In this document: piece after piece, positions 1-9,169 of the stretch | Layout of the letters: each line of letters begins with the position of its first letter | Position numbering within the stretch: the stretch's first letter is position 1 | DNA from: Candidatus Parcubacteria bacterium | GTDB taxonomy: Bacteria; Patescibacteriota; Patescibacteriia; Patescibacteriales; UBA12075 | Direction: 5' to 3' | DNA: 64,000 bases | NCBI GenBank assembly: GCA_023132155.1 | Contig: JAGLYP010000023.1 | Coordinates: 11,504 to 75,503 of the forward strand | Translations under genes and position numbers: made by a program | Notes under the pieces: model-generated | What the model saw: only the letters and a program-made list of their open reading frames with translations | Database searches by the model: none | What the model was told of the DNA's origin: nothing

Positions 1-336
1 ATGTTCTTTTTTCATTTGTAAATATAATTGTTTAAGAACGTCTTCAAGTTTTCCTGATAGTTCTCCGGCTTCAACCATATTAACAAATAGTTCTCCAAAA
101 ATTTTTTTGTGGCTATCAAGGCTTTCCGCGAGGCTATTGCCTTTTTCAACCTGAGCCCCAACATCATCAAGCACTTTTTTGAAAAGTTTATTTTCCGTTT
201 GTTTGGCTAATGTTTTAATTGCAATTGATAAAGATATCCCGGATCTAAGCATTACTCCCAAATGTTGAACAAAAAATAATTTTTCTCTAAGAGGGACTTT
301 GGAAAATTTTAACAAATAATCATTAATTTTATCCAT
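1..336 (-). CDS. pilC: Type IV pilus / type II secretion platform protein PilC (GspF family). N-terminal 112 aa; gene runs off the window start.
   Basis: The reverse-strand translation reads MDKINDYLLKFSKVPLREKLFFVQHLGVMLRSGISL...GELSGKLEDVLKQLYLQMKKEH, a typical T2SSF N-terminal domain. It lies immediately downstream of pilB on the same strand. The ATG complement is at 334-336 and the frame is continuous to position 1. Confidence 0.75.
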   Translation of the reverse strand, partial: MDKINDYLLKFSKVPLREKLFFVQHLGVMLRSGISLSIAIKTLAKQTENKLFKKVLDDVGAQVEKGNSLAESLDSHKKIFGELFVNMVEAGELSGKLEDVLKQLYLQMKKEH

Positions 337-455
337 GGCTGACTGTCTGTTTTCTTTGTCGGTTTCGCCAGGCGCGTTTTTTGTTGTTTTTGTGAAATTT
401 ATAGGCATAATATATAAATTTATGGTTTTGGATTTATGATTTATGATTTAATTTA

Positions 456-2192
456 TTATTCTTTGGTTACTCGCATTATTTCCTCAATTGTGGTGATGCC
501 GTTTTTAGCTTTGATAAAGCCGTCTTCAACCATGGTTAGCATCCCTTCTTTAACGGCTTGTTTGTTTATTTCGCGGGTGTTGGCGTTTTTTAGGATAAGA
601 CCGGATGTTTCTTCGGTGTTTTCAAGAATTTCATATATTCCTATTCGCCCTTTATAACCGCTGTTGTTGCAGCGCTTGCAGCCTTTTCCGCGATAAAAGA
701 GCAGTGATTTTAAGCCTTTTTTAGAGTCAATAATTATTTTTTCTTTTTCAAGCGTTTTTAAAAGACTTTCAATATTTAGCTGTTTTTCCAGTTCTTTTAC
801 GGTTTCTTTGCCAAGGTTAAAACTTTGAATGCAATTCGGACAAATTTTTCTTACTAAGCGCTGTGCGATAATTATGTTTGTGGTGGTGGCGATTAAAAAA
901 GTAGGGACTCCCATTTCCGACAATCTAATCATAGTCGCCGCGGCGCTATTGGTGTGAATTGTTGATAAAACCAAATGCCCGGTCATAGCGGCATGCACGG
1001 CGATTTCAGCGGTTTCCTGATCGCGAATTTCTCCGACCATTATAATATCCGGATCTTGGCGCAAAAACGCCCTTAGGCCAGAAGCGAAAGTATAGCCGAT
1101 TTTCGCGTTTACCTGCGACTGGTTGACATGCGGCATTCTGTACTCAATCGGGTCTTCAACCGTGGATATGTTTACCTCCGGTATGTTTAATATATTTAAA
1201 ACAGTATAAAGCGTAGTGGTTTTTCCGGAGCCTGTCGGGCCTGTTACTAATATTATTCCATGAGGTTTTTTGATGTTCGTTTTCAAAACTTTAAGCGGTG
1301 TTTTTTGCAGTCCTAATTGTTCAAGAGTTAAAACCTGGGCTTTTTCATTAAGGAGCCTTAATACGATTTTTTCTCCGTCAAAGGCCGGAATAATTGACAC
1401 GCGGAAAGCGACCTTGTATTCATTGTTTGTAATTTTAAAACGCCCGTCTTGCGGCAGCCGATGTTCGTCAACTTTTAAGTTGGCAAGTATTTTAATGCGC
1501 GCGATAATTCCGGACTGGACGGTTTTTGGCAAAACCATAACGTTTTTTAATATCCCATCAATACGATAACGCACTAAAATATTTTTTTCTTCCGGTTCAA
1601 TATGAATATCGCTCGCGCCTTCAATAATTGAATATTCAAGCAAAGTATCAACAATTCGCACTACCGGCAAGTCGGCCGCCAGTTTTTTTAAATCTTTTGT
1701 TTCTTCAAGCTTGTTTTTGTCTTCGCCCTTGTCATCGCTTAAATAATTAAATTCAGCCTTTAAGCTTTTGTGGTATTGCTTGAGCGTTTCTTTAATATTT
1801 TCCGGCGTAGTCAAACTGATATTGACATTAAGTCCGGTTTTTTTCTTGATAAATTCAAATATTTCCAAATCCTCCGGGTCAATAACCGCCAGCTTAATTT
1901 CTTTGTTATTAGTCTCATAAGCTATAATGTTGTGGGTAGTGGCTATGGGCTCTGGAATTAAAAATAATATATCTTTGCGGATGGTTTGATTTTTTAAATC
2001 TATAAAGGGAATTTTATAATAAGAAGCCGCGTTTTCATATAAAATCATGGGTGTTATTATATTTTTTCCCATTAAAAAAAATTCCATTTTTTTCCCGTTT
2101 TGTTTGGCTTCCTGAAGCAGAGAATCAAATTCTTCCGCGTTTAATATTTCCGCTTTGTCTAGTATGTTTTTTAATTGTTTGTCTGAAAACAT
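456..2192 (-). CDS. pilB: Type IV pilus assembly ATPase PilB (GspE family).
   Basis: 578 aa. It has an N-terminal GspII_E-like region, the Walker A GPTGSGKTTT, Asp/His boxes and a C-terminal CxxC...CxxC zinc motif. Confidence 0.9.
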   Translation of the reverse strand: MFSDKQLKNILDKAEILNAEEFDSLLQEAKQNGKKMEFFLMGKNIITPMILYENAASYYKIPFIDLKNQTIRKDILFLIPEPIATTHNIIAYETNNKEIKLAVIDPEDLEIFEFIKKKTGLNVNISLTTPENIKETLKQYHKSLKAEFNYLSDDKGEDKNKLEETKDLKKLAADLPVVRIVDTLLEYSIIEGASDIHIEPEEKNILVRYRIDGILKNVMVLPKTVQSGIIARIKILANLKVDEHRLPQDGRFKITNNEYKVAFRVSIIPAFDGEKIVLRLLNEKAQVLTLEQLGLQKTPLKVLKTNIKKPHGIILVTGPTGSGKTTTLYTVLNILNIPEVNISTVEDPIEYRMPHVNQSQVNAKIGYTFASGLRAFLRQDPDIIMVGEIRDQETAEIAVHAAMTGHLVLSTIHTNSAAATMIRLSEMGVPTFLIATTTNIIIAQRLVRKICPNCIQSFNLGKETVKELEKQLNIESLLKTLEKEKIIIDSKKGLKSLLFYRGKGCKRCNNSGYKGRIGIYEILENTEETSGLILKNANTREINKQAVKEGMLTMVEDGFIKAKNGITTIEEIMRVTKE

Positions 2193-2195
2193 TAA

Positions 2196-2257
2196 TCTCT
2201 GTCATTCCCGACACCCCCAGCCTCGCTAGAGAAATTATATTAAATGATCGGGAATCT
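2196..2257. repeat. Solo copy of a MITE-like terminal-repeat unit (an internal hairpin ATTCCCGA...TCGGGAAT), immediately upstream of the pilB start.
   Basis: GTCATTCCCGACACCCCCAGCCTCGCTAGAGAAATTATATTAAATGATCGGGAATCT is about 85-90% identical to both terminal inverted repeats of the element at 27318-27550. Confidence 0.6.
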
Positions 2258-2301
2258 TTTTAATTTATGATGAATTTATTATACCATATTTTGTGAAATA
2301 A

Positions 2302-2346
2302 AAAAATCGTAAGGAACAAAAATTTTTGTTCCTTACGATTTTTTTT
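2302..2346. terminator. Perfect 18-bp-stem hairpin flanked by A/T runs (possibly a bidirectional terminator or regulatory hairpin) between the divergent pilB and the Cys-rich protein gene.
   Basis: AAAAATCGTAAGGAACAAAAATTTTTGTTCCTTACGATTTTTT. Confidence 0.4.
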
Positions 2347-2665
2347 AATATTTTTTTAATTTTTATATGTTAATGTTAAATTAAAGAGGGAAACAGGGAT
2401 TATTTCAGTACTTGATGTTTTCTTTGGGGAACTGATTTTCGGATGGTAATGAAAGGACGGGGTACAAAAGCTTCAATTTTTGGAGCTTTTGTTTTTGTGT
2501 GTTATTATAATATAGAAATTGTTATTAAACACTATACTTCCCCCCGTTCTTTAGATAGTGAATTGGCAACTAAATGTAGTTTATTGATATTGTCGCATAT
2601 ATTTTATTATTTGTCTATAATATTGAATTTTTTGTTGAAATTAGGTAGAATATAAGTATAAGTTT

Positions 2666-3385
2666 ATGAGATATATTAAAGATGGAAAAGCGCGCAATAT
2701 GGCTTTGCTAATATTCGGTATTGTTTTTTTGTTTTTATTTTCAGCTTGCGGTGTTAAGAATCAAAGTATTCAGAACAGCGATGACTGGAAAGATGAGGTA
2801 TTATATGCCGATGAGTGCGGTTTTGACGGTTTGAGATGCTGTGACGATTCGGAGCAACCGTGTAAGTTCGGGCAAAATTGTTGTGTTAATCCTGGAAATA
2901 AAAAAGAAAATTATTGCGCTGAAAGTTGTGATTTTGGCAAAGAAAACACGTTTTGCCGCAATGAAAATCCTGTCTGTGATATAGATTTAACTTGCGAAAA
3001 TAGTCGTTGCTTGCCTTGCGGAGGAGAGGATCAATTTTGCTGTCAAACTCAAGATTTTTGTAAAAACTCATTAATTTGTTTTAATAATAAATGCGTAAGC
3101 TGCGGACAAGCCGGATATCCTTGCTGTGATTCTGGATTAGCATGCTTAAAACAGGATAATCGCGGAAATACACGAACGGAGTGTGGCAATGGAATTTGTC
3201 GGGCTTGCGGTTATGGCGGAACTGAAGCTTGCGAGAGTGAACCGTTTTGTAACTCCGGCACTTTAAATAGTAATGGTGTTTGTTACCAATGCGGAGGCTT
3301 AAATCAGCCTTGCTGTGATGAAAAAAGCTGTAACACAGAAGAAGGTTTAGCGTGTGAGCTCGGTTTTTGCGGTAAGAAAAATTAA
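2666..3385 (+). CDS. Secreted cysteine-rich repeat lipoprotein (about 40 Cys in 239 aa; knottin- or hevein-like six-Cys modules).
   Basis: The signal peptide carries the lipobox LFLFSAC. A module of the form CxxCG...CC...C...C...C recurs about five times. No catalytic motifs are visible. Confidence 0.6.
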   Translation: MRYIKDGKARNMALLIFGIVFLFLFSACGVKNQSIQNSDDWKDEVLYADECGFDGLRCCDDSEQPCKFGQNCCVNPGNKKENYCAESCDFGKENTFCRNENPVCDIDLTCENSRCLPCGGEDQFCCQTQDFCKNSLICFNNKCVSCGQAGYPCCDSGLACLKQDNRGNTRTECGNGICRACGYGGTEACESEPFCNSGTLNSNGVCYQCGGLNQPCCDEKSCNTEEGLACELGFCGKKN

Positions 3386-3403
3386 TTAATTTTAAAAAAT
3401 ATT

Positions 3404-3631
3404 ATGCAAAATTTATTCAAAGAGGTTAATAAAAAAGTTAATGGCCTTATTTGGTCGCTTTTAAGTACGGGCATAATTTTAATGCTTCTGGCAATTTTAG
3501 TTGTTTGGACTGATTTTATTTTACGGCTGGTTATCGGCATGTTCATTTTAGTGGTCGCTTATGCTTTTATATATGGCGCTTACAAAGTGTGGGCGATAAA
3601 GCGTGAAGTGGATAAGCATTTTAAATTTTAA
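3404..3631 (+). CDS. Small two-TM membrane protein, hypothetical.
   Basis: 75 aa with two hydrophobic helices; no recognisable family. Confidence 0.4.
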   Translation: MQNLFKEVNKKVNGLIWSLLSTGIILMLLAILVVWTDFILRLVIGMFILVVAYAFIYGAYKVWAIKREVDKHFKF

Positions 3632-3653
3632 TTTAAAATAAAGAAAATCCAAT

Positions 3654-3711
3654 ATTATAATTCGCATGTCCCGCATTTGTAGTTGCGGGTTCGCGAAGCG
3701 GATAACTTATG
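3654..3711 (+). repeat. Copy 1 of a conserved leader stem-loop element (a TATAAT-like box plus a hairpin), ending at the ATG of the downstream gene.
   Basis: ATTATAATTCGCATGTCCCGCATTTGTAGTTGCGGGTTCGCGAAGCGGATAACTTATG has the stem CCCGCA/TGCGGG. Three other copies lie at 59744-59813, 60061-60126 and 62118-62170. Confidence 0.6.
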
Positions 3712-5370
3712 GTAAATCCAAGTTTAAAAAAAATAGAAAAAAAGAGCTTAACCCCGACAATTGATGTTAAAAGGCTTTTTCAGATTATATATCGTGAACA
3801 GTCAAAGGCGGAAGAAAAAAAAGATGATGTTCCAAAGATTAATGTTTCGGAATTAGTTTCGAAAATGTCTTTTTATTATGAAAAAATAAGAAATACAGTT
3901 GATTATAAAGAGGAACACCTTCTCAGAAAAAACGCGATTGAAAGAATTATTAAAAGGCAAATTGTAATTGAAGGCACAATATCCCTAAAGGGCGCAGACA
4001 GTACGGAAATAGCCAGGCATTTATTAACTGAATTAATTAGGGCGGCATATTTATCTAATAATTCAGTACCTGAAACTAAAATTGATGAAGTTGCCGCGAT
4101 TATTCAAAAATATTTAGATTTAAAAAGGGCAATTGCCAAAATAAAAGGACGGAAATTGTCTGAAAGAAATGATTTGAATAATTGGATAATAGCTTTGGCG
4201 GCAAGCGATATTGAGCAGCATTTAGGCTTAAGCAAAATTAATCAAACAGTTGTTGATTACATGAACAAAATTTTGCTTAAGAATATTGAATTGCCTAGTA
4301 ATTCAGAGCATGAGAAAGACAAAGAAATTCAGATATTTTTAGGAATACATAGGCACTACCTGAAGTTTGACCGTGATATGATGAGTTTTATTCTTTTTAA
4401 ATATTATGTTGCCGGATGGAAGAATCCTGATCCGGCAAAAATTGAAGAAGTTGCCGCAAAAATCGTTTTTTTGCGGGGAGCAATCAACAAGCAGCTTGAA
4501 CATCCGCTGGTTAAGCAGCTTAATAGAATTATTAGCCGCTATACGGTTTTTTTTACGGTTTTAACCGATGTAATTAAAGAAAACCCAATCGCGGTTTATG
4601 AAAGTATTAAAAGAGATCCAAAGGTTTTTCCCAGGGATATAAAAAAAGCATGCCTCAAAAGATATGAAGAATCTTCTAAAAAATTGTGGCGCGCGGCGAC
4701 TAGAAGCATAATTTATATTTTTATTACAAAATCATTTTTTGCTGTTTTATTGGAGGTTCCGGCAACAAAATGGTTCGGTGAGGAAATAAATACGGTTTCT
4801 TTGATTATTAATATTGGTTTTCCGGCAATGCTTTTATTTTTTATAGTGTTATTTACTAAATTGCCGTCTGAGGATAATAGCAATAAAATTAAAGAAGGAA
4901 TTGAAGAAGTCGTTTTTGAGGAATATGAACGCAAAGAGCCGTTTAAATTGCGCGACCCGGCGCGCCGCAGCAAGAGCTTGGGATTCGTTTTTGGAATTTT
5001 ATATTTTATAACTTTTCTTTTTTCATTTGGGGCTGTTGTTTGGGCTTTAAATGAAATTAATTTTACTTGGCTAAGTATTATAATTTTTTTATTTTTCTTA
5101 ACATTTGTCAGCTTTTTCAGCATTCGTATCCGCAAAAACGCCCGCGATATGATTATTATTCCCCCGCGAGAGAATATTTTAAGTTTTATTATTGATTTTT
5201 TTTATATCCCGATAGCTGCCGTTGGCAAGTGGATGAGTGAAAAATTTTCCCAAGTAAATGTTTTTGTGTTTATTTTGGATTTTATAATAGAAGCTCCGTT
5301 TAAGATTTTTATTGAAATCGCCGAAGAATGGACCAGGTATGTGAAGGAGCGGAAGGAGGATATTGTGTAA
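3709..5370 (+). CDS. Hypothetical protein with a soluble N-terminal region and a polytopic C-terminal membrane domain.
   Basis: 553-aa ORF with multiple TM helices in the C-terminal half; no recognised motifs. Confidence 0.5.
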   Translation: MVNPSLKKIEKKSLTPTIDVKRLFQIIYREQSKAEEKKDDVPKINVSELVSKMSFYYEKIRNTVDYKEEHLLRKNAIERIIKRQIVIEGTISLKGADSTEIARHLLTELIRAAYLSNNSVPETKIDEVAAIIQKYLDLKRAIAKIKGRKLSERNDLNNWIIALAASDIEQHLGLSKINQTVVDYMNKILLKNIELPSNSEHEKDKEIQIFLGIHRHYLKFDRDMMSFILFKYYVAGWKNPDPAKIEEVAAKIVFLRGAINKQLEHPLVKQLNRIISRYTVFFTVLTDVIKENPIAVYESIKRDPKVFPRDIKKACLKRYEESSKKLWRAATRSIIYIFITKSFFAVLLEVPATKWFGEEINTVSLIINIGFPAMLLFFIVLFTKLPSEDNSNKIKEGIEEVVFEEYERKEPFKLRDPARRSKSLGFVFGILYFITFLFSFGAVVWALNEINFTWLSIIIFLFFLTFVSFFSIRIRKNARDMIIIPPRENILSFIIDFFYIPIAAVGKWMSEKFSQVNVFVFILDFIIEAPFKIFIEIAEEWTRYVKERKEDIV

Positions 5371-5373
5371 TAA

Positions 5374-5478
5374 TAATGCTAATAATGCGAATAAATGCTA
5401 ATCTGCGAATTGCGAATAAAATTTAACTTAAATTCGCAATTCGCAGATTAGCATTTATTTGCAGATTAGCATTATGCT
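5374..5478. repeat. About 100-bp near-perfect palindrome built from GCTAATCTGCGAAT words (AAATGCTAATCTGCGAATTGCGAAT...ATTCGCAATTCGCAGATTAGCATTT). It probably acts as a terminator or REP-like element.
   Basis: The inverted repeat is read directly from the sequence. Related copies lie at 14969-15018 and 15624-15750. Confidence 0.6.
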
Positions 5479-6238
5479 TATGTTATATATCGTTGCCACG
5501 CCAATAGGAAATTTAGAGGATATATCGCTTCGCGCGTTAAGAATTCTCGGCGAGGTTGATTTTGTTTTGTGTGAAGATACGCGAGTGACCAGAAAATTGT
5601 TAGAGCATTATAAAATTAAAACTAAAACCATTTCTTATCATCAGCATTCGGATATTAAAAAACAGGATTATCTTTTGGGGTTGCTTGGCGGAGGCAAAGA
5701 TTTGGCATTGGTGTCTGATGCCGGCACTCCGGGGATATCCGATCCGGGAGGCAAGCTGGTGGCCGCGGTTATTGAAAAATTCGGCGGATCAATTAAAATT
5801 GAGTCTGTCCCGGGCCCTTCGGCGGTTACGGCCGCGCTTTCAATATCCGGAATCGCGACTGATAAATTTGTGTTTTTGGGATTTCCTCCGCACAAGAAAG
5901 GGCGGCAGAAATTTTTGCAAAAAATCGTTGACAGTATTTTTCCTGTTGTAGTTTATGAATCAAAGCACAGGATACTTAAGTTTTTAGAGGAGTTAAAAAA
6001 GATAAATCAGGATATTGTTAAATATAATAAAGAAATAGATAAGCAGAAAAATAAAGGCATAATTAAATCTAAAGATTTGCTAAAAAAAATAAATTTAATT
6101 ACTTCGGTTGTGGTTTGCCGTGAACTATCAAAAATGCACGAAACAGTCTATCGCGGGGAGCTTTCTGATATTATTGATAAAATTAAAAATAGTCAAAACG
6201 ATCAGAAAGGGGAGTTTGTTGTTGTGGTTGGGAGGTGA
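5474..6238 (+). CDS. rsmI: 16S rRNA (cytidine1402-2'-O)-methyltransferase RsmI.
   Basis: LYIVATPIGNLEDISLRALRILGEVDFVLCEDTR...DAGTPGISDPG...PGPSAVTAAL aligns with E. coli RsmI. The start is trimmed to the Met after the palindromic repeat. Confidence 0.85.
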   Translation: MLMLYIVATPIGNLEDISLRALRILGEVDFVLCEDTRVTRKLLEHYKIKTKTISYHQHSDIKKQDYLLGLLGGGKDLALVSDAGTPGISDPGGKLVAAVIEKFGGSIKIESVPGPSAVTAALSISGIATDKFVFLGFPPHKKGRQKFLQKIVDSIFPVVVYESKHRILKFLEELKKINQDIVKYNKEIDKQKNKGIIKSKDLLKKINLITSVVVCRELSKMHETVYRGELSDIIDKIKNSQNDQKGEFVVVVGR

Positions 6239-6285
6239 ATTTTAATTAAGAATTACGAATTACGAATTTTTTTTGAGCAAGTAAT

Positions 6286-7734
6286 ATGGCAAAACAAAAA
6301 TTTTACATAACAACAACCCTGCCGTATGTGAATGCGGAGCCGCATATTGGGTTTGCGGCGGAGATTATTCGGGCGGATTGTTTGGCGCGCTGGGCCAGGC
6401 AGCAAGGGAAAGAGGTGTTTTTTAATACCGGAACCGATGAGCATGGCTTAAAAATATATCGTAAAGCTAAAGAAAGAGGAATGGATCCGCAGAAATACGC
6501 CGATGAATATGCGGCTAAATTTGATGAATTAAAAGAGGCATTAAATCTTTCTTATAACAGTTTTATTCGTACAACTGACGAACATCATAAAAAAGCGGCG
6601 CGGGAGTTTTGGAAATGCTGCGAGGCTAATGGTGATATTTATAAAAAAAATTATCAAGTCAAATATTGCGTTGGCTGTGAATTGGAAAAAACTGAATCCG
6701 AACTTGTGGACGGTGAATGTCCGCATCATCCGGGGCAAGCGCTTGAATTGATTGATGAAGAAAATTATTTTTTTCGCTGGAGCAAATATGGGGATAAGCT
6801 TTTGAAATTTTATGAAAAAAATCTTGATTTTATTGTTCCGGCGCATAGATTAAACGAAATGAGGAATTTTATCAAAAACGGACTTCAGGATTTTTCCATT
6901 TCCCGCTTAAAATCAAAAATGCCTTGGGGCGTGCCGGTTCCAGGCGATGAAAAGCATGTGATGTATGTTTGGTTTGACGCTTTAGTCAATTATATTGACG
7001 CCTTGGGCTGGCCGGAAAATGAAAAAAAATTTAATGATTTTTGGGGAGATGACAAGAATCGCAATGCGCTGCAAGTTGCCGGCAAAGACAATCTTAGACA
7101 ACAAACCGCGATGTGGCAGGCAATGCTTATGTCGGCAGGACTGCCTCTGTCAAGACAAATATTAATTTTTGGTTTTATTACGTCAAGCGGCCAAAAAATG
7201 AGCAAATCAATCGGAAATGTTGTTAATCCTGAGATTCTAGTAAAAAAATACGGTACCGATGCTCTTAGATATTATCTTTTGGCGGAACTAAAATCTTTTG
7301 AAGATTCGGATTATACGGAAGAAAAATTTAGAACAAGATATCAGGCGGATTTGGCAAACGGTCTTGGCAATCTAGTGGCGCGCGTTTCTAATTTGCTTGA
7401 AAAAAATAAAATAGAATTAAATTTAAGTCCGGGGACTGATGAAATTTTAATTGATCAAGTTGCTTTAAAGTTAAAAAAATATCGTTTTGATGAGGCTTTG
7501 AATGTTTTGTGGCGTAAATTAAAGGAAATGGATGAGTATATCACCATTAAAGCTCCTTGGAAGATGTCAGACAAAAAGGAAATTAAAGAAGTATTGCAAA
7601 ATGTCGCGCAAAATATTTTGAATGTGGCTAACCTTTTGGTTCCTTTTATACCGGACACAGCCGAGAAAATTATTAAGCAATTTAAAGAAAAGCAGATAAA
7701 AAAAAGTGAATCATTATTCCCGAGGTTGAATTAA
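6286..7734 (+). CDS. metG: Methionyl-tRNA synthetase, short form.
   Basis: HIGH motif (PYVNAEPHIGFA), KMSKS, and one CxxC...C..H zinc knuckle; 482 aa. Confidence 0.9.
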   Translation: MAKQKFYITTTLPYVNAEPHIGFAAEIIRADCLARWARQQGKEVFFNTGTDEHGLKIYRKAKERGMDPQKYADEYAAKFDELKEALNLSYNSFIRTTDEHHKKAAREFWKCCEANGDIYKKNYQVKYCVGCELEKTESELVDGECPHHPGQALELIDEENYFFRWSKYGDKLLKFYEKNLDFIVPAHRLNEMRNFIKNGLQDFSISRLKSKMPWGVPVPGDEKHVMYVWFDALVNYIDALGWPENEKKFNDFWGDDKNRNALQVAGKDNLRQQTAMWQAMLMSAGLPLSRQILIFGFITSSGQKMSKSIGNVVNPEILVKKYGTDALRYYLLAELKSFEDSDYTEEKFRTRYQADLANGLGNLVARVSNLLEKNKIELNLSPGTDEILIDQVALKLKKYRFDEALNVLWRKLKEMDEYITIKAPWKMSDKKEIKEVLQNVAQNILNVANLLVPFIPDTAEKIIKQFKEKQIKKSESLFPRLN

Positions 7735-7777
7735 TTTTATTTTTTACTTTTGACTTTATAACTTTTTACTAAATTTA

Positions 7778-8293
7778 ATGCCTTTAATTGACGTAATTTT
7801 AATTGTAATATTGGCTGGTTTTGTTTTTTATGGCTTGTTTTTCGGCCTTATCCGCACACTAGGCGTTTTTGTCGGCTTGATAGCGGCGGCTTTTTTAGCT
7901 AGCCGTTTGTATTTGCCTGTGTCTTATTGGCTTGAGAATTTTTTCTTTGGTTATAATAATTTGGGAAAAGTTTTGGTTTTTGTAATTTTATTTTCATTAA
8001 TCAACCGCTTAGTCGGTTTTTTATTTTACTTACTGCATAAAACTTTTAATTTAATATCTATCATCCCGTTTTTAAAAACCTTTAATCGCCTTGGCGGATT
8101 AATTTTAGGATTTTTAACCGGTTCGCTTTCAATCGGCTTGTTTCTTTATGTGATATCCCGTTATTCTTTAATAGAAACTTTATTCGGGAACTGGCTGTCA
8201 CAATCAAAGTTGGCGCCGTTTTTTTTAAAATTCGCAAACGCGCTTTTACCGCTATTGCCGGAGGCCTTGAAGAAATTGAAGAGTTTATTTTAG
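7778..8293 (+). CDS. CvpA family membrane protein.
   Basis: MPLIDVILIVILAGFVFYG..., four TM helices, 171 aa. Confidence 0.6.
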   Translation: MPLIDVILIVILAGFVFYGLFFGLIRTLGVFVGLIAAAFLASRLYLPVSYWLENFFFGYNNLGKVLVFVILFSLINRLVGFLFYLLHKTFNLISIIPFLKTFNRLGGLILGFLTGSLSIGLFLYVISRYSLIETLFGNWLSQSKLAPFFLKFANALLPLLPEALKKLKSLF

Positions 8294-8472
8294 GGAAGAT
8301 TAAAATTAGAAATTTAAAATGTTGTTAAAAATTAAAAAATAATTCTCACCTCTCTGAATCAGCCAATTATTCAATCTATTCAAAACAAATTGAAAATTGG
8401 CGAATTCAAAAAAAATGGGCAGAAGACGAATTAATTGTCTCCTGCCCATTGAAAGATGTCTTTAACTACAAG

Positions 8473-9123
8473 CTAAAAGGTTACTTTAAGTCCTATTCTA
8501 GCTTTATCTGTCCTGTCGGCATTATCATGTACAACATTCCAGTCGCAAGATAATCGCAAGTAAACTGAAAGGTTGTCCATGACCTTATATCCAACATAAG
8601 GACCAACGAAATAAAAATTATGGTCCTCATCTTGCCAATAATGGCAATAATCCAGATCCAACCCGACATAAAATTTTTTGCCAAGCGGATACTCGCCCTC
8701 CAGAAAGCAGTCTAGATAATCAGATGACTCTCCGTCAATATTCCAATAGTTTCTTAGATCAAAGAAAACCTTGAACTTGCCAAACTTATTGATATACCAA
8801 CCACCACCTTGGATATAGTCGTTTCCGGAGCTATCTGTAGATAGGCCACCCAAGAAATACAACGGGCCTTTGTTTAACGTAAACCACGGTTTGACTTCAG
8901 TATAATCATATTTCGGCTTAACCGTTACACTCAGTCCGCCGCCAAACCAATTGCCATCGTGGCAATAAATGGTCATTGACTGCTTATGGTAGCTCTCCGC
9001 TTTCTCGGGCTCCACAAAATCATTTTTTATAACGATTAATGCGGAAGCTTTTTTGTCCTCTGCCTGAAGTTCTGCCGTAAAACAAAACGTTGCCATTATT
9101 AGAAACAAAATAACTTTTTTCAT
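8473..9123 (-). CDS. Secreted beta-rich protein with an outer-membrane-beta-barrel-like signature.
   Basis: It has a signal peptide, alternating hydrophobic beta-strand patterns (YVGYKVMDNLSVYLRLSCDW) and the C-terminus ...RIGLKVTF ending in Phe. Confidence 0.45.
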   Translation of the reverse strand: MKKVILFLIMATFCFTAELQAEDKKASALIVIKNDFVEPEKAESYHKQSMTIYCHDGNWFGGGLSVTVKPKYDYTEVKPWFTLNKGPLYFLGGLSTDSSGNDYIQGGGWYINKFGKFKVFFDLRNYWNIDGESSDYLDCFLEGEYPLGKKFYVGLDLDYCHYWQDEDHNFYFVGPYVGYKVMDNLSVYLRLSCDWNVVHDNADRTDKARIGLKVTF

Positions 9124-9169
9124 AATTTTTCTCCTTGTATAGCGGAGAAAGAGTTTTTTCTCCGGCTGT

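Noticed and set aside
2443-2655. 70-aa ORF upstream of the Cys-rich protein gene; also the 57370-57630 and 436-657 ORFs.
   Set aside because: They have no Shine-Dalgarno sequence or homology signal, lie in promoter or intergenic regions or overlap repeats, and have implausible composition.
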